DNA of 64,000 bases. Origin: the human T2T-CHM13v2.0 reference genome, Homo sapiens. A program made the translations under genes and the position numbers. The stretch is from assembly GCF_009914755.1 (NCBI RefSeq), contig NC_060932.1. The stretch is one strand, 5' to 3'. Shown in pieces: positions 61,277-64,000 of this stretch (position 1 is the stretch's first letter; the number at the start of each line of letters is the position of its first letter). The notes beneath the pieces were generated by a model. That model did no database searches. It saw nothing but the letters and a program-made list of their open reading frames with translations, and was not told the origin of the DNA.

Positions 61277-63584
61277 CTTACTAAAAAAGTTTTTAGCTGT
61301 TGTGAGTCCTGGTAATTGGATTTGTTTTCCAGTGATATCCATGGACACTGTGTCAATAGTGATGATTGATGCTGATTTGTTTTACTCTTATTTATTCAGG
61401 ATCTGGGTATTAAAAATAAATTCAAACTTTCAACAGGCTGATCACCTCTGCCCCTCTCCCTATTAGCATGTGCATGTGTGTGTGTGTCCATGTGTCCATA
61501 CATGAGTGAATGGATGTGTATTTAAGCTTAATCATGACACAGGGGGTTGTTTATACAGGGTTTTTAGAAAACAAAAACATTGTCTCTATGAGGCAGTTCC
61601 TTAGAAGCCAACTCTCAACAGTGTCTCAGTGTTTCCCTCCTGTAATTTTTCCACACATTATGCACTGGATTTTAGTTTGTGATACTCAGGATTAGTCATG
61701 AAACCAAGTCTTTTTGTGTTCTATGGTTTGACCAGCCCTGTGCAAGTCTCCAGGGAAGCACGAAAGACGGGTAAATCAGAGTCCCATCCCTTGAAGCATG
61801 GTGGTATTAGAACATCACTTAAAGAACAGGGATACATTACCCATTTAGTGAAATAATCTAGAAGTCCTGGAAACTAACTTAGCTCACAAGATGATATTCA
61901 TTAGCCAATTTACTTCAGAAACTTTAAGAAAATCACTTTACCTCCTCTGTACATTCCTCCTTCCCTCCTTCCCTCTCTTTTCCTCTCTCCCTCCCTCCTT
62001 CCCTCCCTTCTTTCCTTCCTTCCCCATATTGTTATTAAATATGCTCATTATTAGAATAGTATCAAAGACACTGAGGCATTTTTAGATATCTTGTGAAATA
62101 CTCCTTATTTTTGTCTCTTCCTTTAGATATCTTAATTATCAAAATAATCTAATAAGACTCTATTTGGAAATAAAGTGAAGGAGGGTAAAGTTGTGTTTTT
62201 AAATAGGCTGATCAGTGCTAGAAATAATAGGATAGTTTTAAATTCTAGCAATTATAGATCAAGGCTCCATATACTATTTCTAAAAAGTCTGTGAACCCCT
62301 GGGAATTGTGAATGTTTCCCATTACATCCTGCCAACGATTCTTATTAACCTATTGGTGACATCTTTCCCAGAGGTGAAGCTTTGATCTGCTTGTCATCTC
62401 ACATTCTGTCTCACCACAGTCTAGAGCTTCCAGGTCCATGGGGAACAAGGATGGGGCAGCAGCTTCCCTGTGCCAGGACTGACTGGGAAATTCCAGAATT
62501 CTATGACCAGGTACCTGGGAAGGGAGAAGAGCTCTCTGAGTTACAGTTAGTCTGGGAGCTTTTGAAGTGAAACTGTCATAGGGAAAGTGAAGGAATTTGC
62601 TTTGTGCAATCATCATGCCATAGTCTGACAAGACAATGGAAAAAGAAAGAAGGAATTTTCTCTCAAGATGTCAAATAATTAGCTGAGTCATGAATGCAAG
62701 CAGGTAGGCAGAAAACAGATATTTGTAGAGAACTTATTTCTCTTTCTCCTAATGAAGTTTTTGAACAACAACGATAAAATGGACCTTTTGCCTAAGAAGC
62801 AATTTAACAACCATTGCTTCAGTAACACGAGAACCAATGTGATTAGAGTGCTTGTGCTCTGTCCCCTCATAAATGGTTAGTATTGAGGCCTTATAAAGAA
62901 ATATAACATCTGCTTTTTATACATAAATACGTACACGTAACCATCCACAAATAACTTACGAATACCCATAATAAACACAGAATCCATCATTATGTTAAAT
63001 GCCACTGTGATTCTGAGCATTTTAATATGCTGTGAAGGCATCAGAGTAAAACAGAAACAAGTTATATCTAAATAGGAATGCCCAGTACATTTAAAGTAAT
63101 GAGACGTTTTGCTAAATTCATATGTTAGCAATATGTCATGTGGAGTCATGAAGGATCAGAAATAAAAAACAGTAATTGTCCAAGCCGTCAAGGAGGGATC
63201 AGAAGCAGGCTTTGATCCCAGGCTCTGAGTAGAGTTGCTGTGGAATTGTAGATTACATAGAATACAGGTGGCATCACCACAGATTCCTGTTTATGTATTT
63301 AACTTGTAACTTCTCATTCTGACATCACAGGAATATTTTTCCTTAACAAAGTGAAATAAAAAGTAAATAAGCTCTTTAATATTGGGACATAACCAAATCA
63401 GAGGGCAACACAAATTTACATGGGTACTTGTGAGGCAAAAGAAAGAAAATTCAAAATTCACTTCTAAAAATGGACATTGTTTAAAGCACATTTAATAAGT
63501 GTTACAGAGTGATGTTTCACTGTCACCTTTAAATACCCCTTACTGTTTCTTTGGGATTACCAATTTCAACATGAAGGTCCGAGT

Positions 63585-63800
63585 GAACTTTGCTAGAGGT
63601 GATTTGCACAGGCTCATATGCATCTCTTCCTCATATTCAGTGACCTCACATTAGCAGCTTTAAATTGGCCATGTTGAGAACATTGACACCACAGAAATTG
63701 GCAAAAACTAGAAATCAAGTAACACATGCTACAAGTCTTTTTTTTTCTTTTCTCCCTTCTTGGAAAATTGTAATCCAGTTGTTAAATATTTATCATTATA
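63585..63800. mobile_element. MER63A-like hAT element
   Basis: GCATCTCTTCC...TTCAGTGACCTCACATTAGCAGCTTTAAATTGGCCATG...CACCACAGAAATTGGCAAA. Confidence 0.7.
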
Positions 63801-64000
63801 AAGTAGATCCTTGTTAAAAATATTCTAATCCTCACCAATGGTTTTATTTTCTTTCTGCCTCTCTTCTGCTGCCCCTAAATTAAAGTAGGTCTTTTTATTT
63901 GGGGCTAAGACTAGTTCCATCAAAATATAAAATAGATGAAAAGTGTTTTGGGGCCTTTTTGCCCTCTTTTCCTAGACCTTTTCTGTTTCTCCTCTTGTCA

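Overview
Primate (almost certainly human) nuclear DNA: AT-rich, CpG-depleted and dense in interspersed repeats. I recognise no protein-coding exon of a known gene. The longer ORFs in the track are L1 ORF1/ORF2 fragments, Alu/LTR read-throughs or microsatellites. Main content: (1) 15 dimeric Alus plus 2 monomers. (2) A near-full-length ~6.3 kb L1PA7/8-type element on the minus strand (43967-50303) carrying a tailless 5S rRNA retrocopy in its 5'UTR, an ORF0-homologous antisense ORF and a complex serial duplication in ORF2. (3) A two-LTR MER31-type ERV1 provirus with a tRNA-His primer-binding site (37362-43032). (4) Solo LTRs (MER34, MER57, MLT1, MST, THE1) and many DNA-transposon fossils. (5) A ~270-bp tandem amplification of an MLT2 LTR terminus. 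(6) An ~11 kb stretch without Alu/L1/LTR (11.7-23.1 kb) holding a small CpG-rich promoter-like core (~13.3-13.8 kb), candidate minus-strand exons and divergent CTCF-like motifs. Repeat family names come from remembered consensus sequences read by eye, so subfamilies and boundaries are approximate. The host gene could not be named. No clearly new biological system is demonstrated; the 5S/L1 chimera is the strongest lead.
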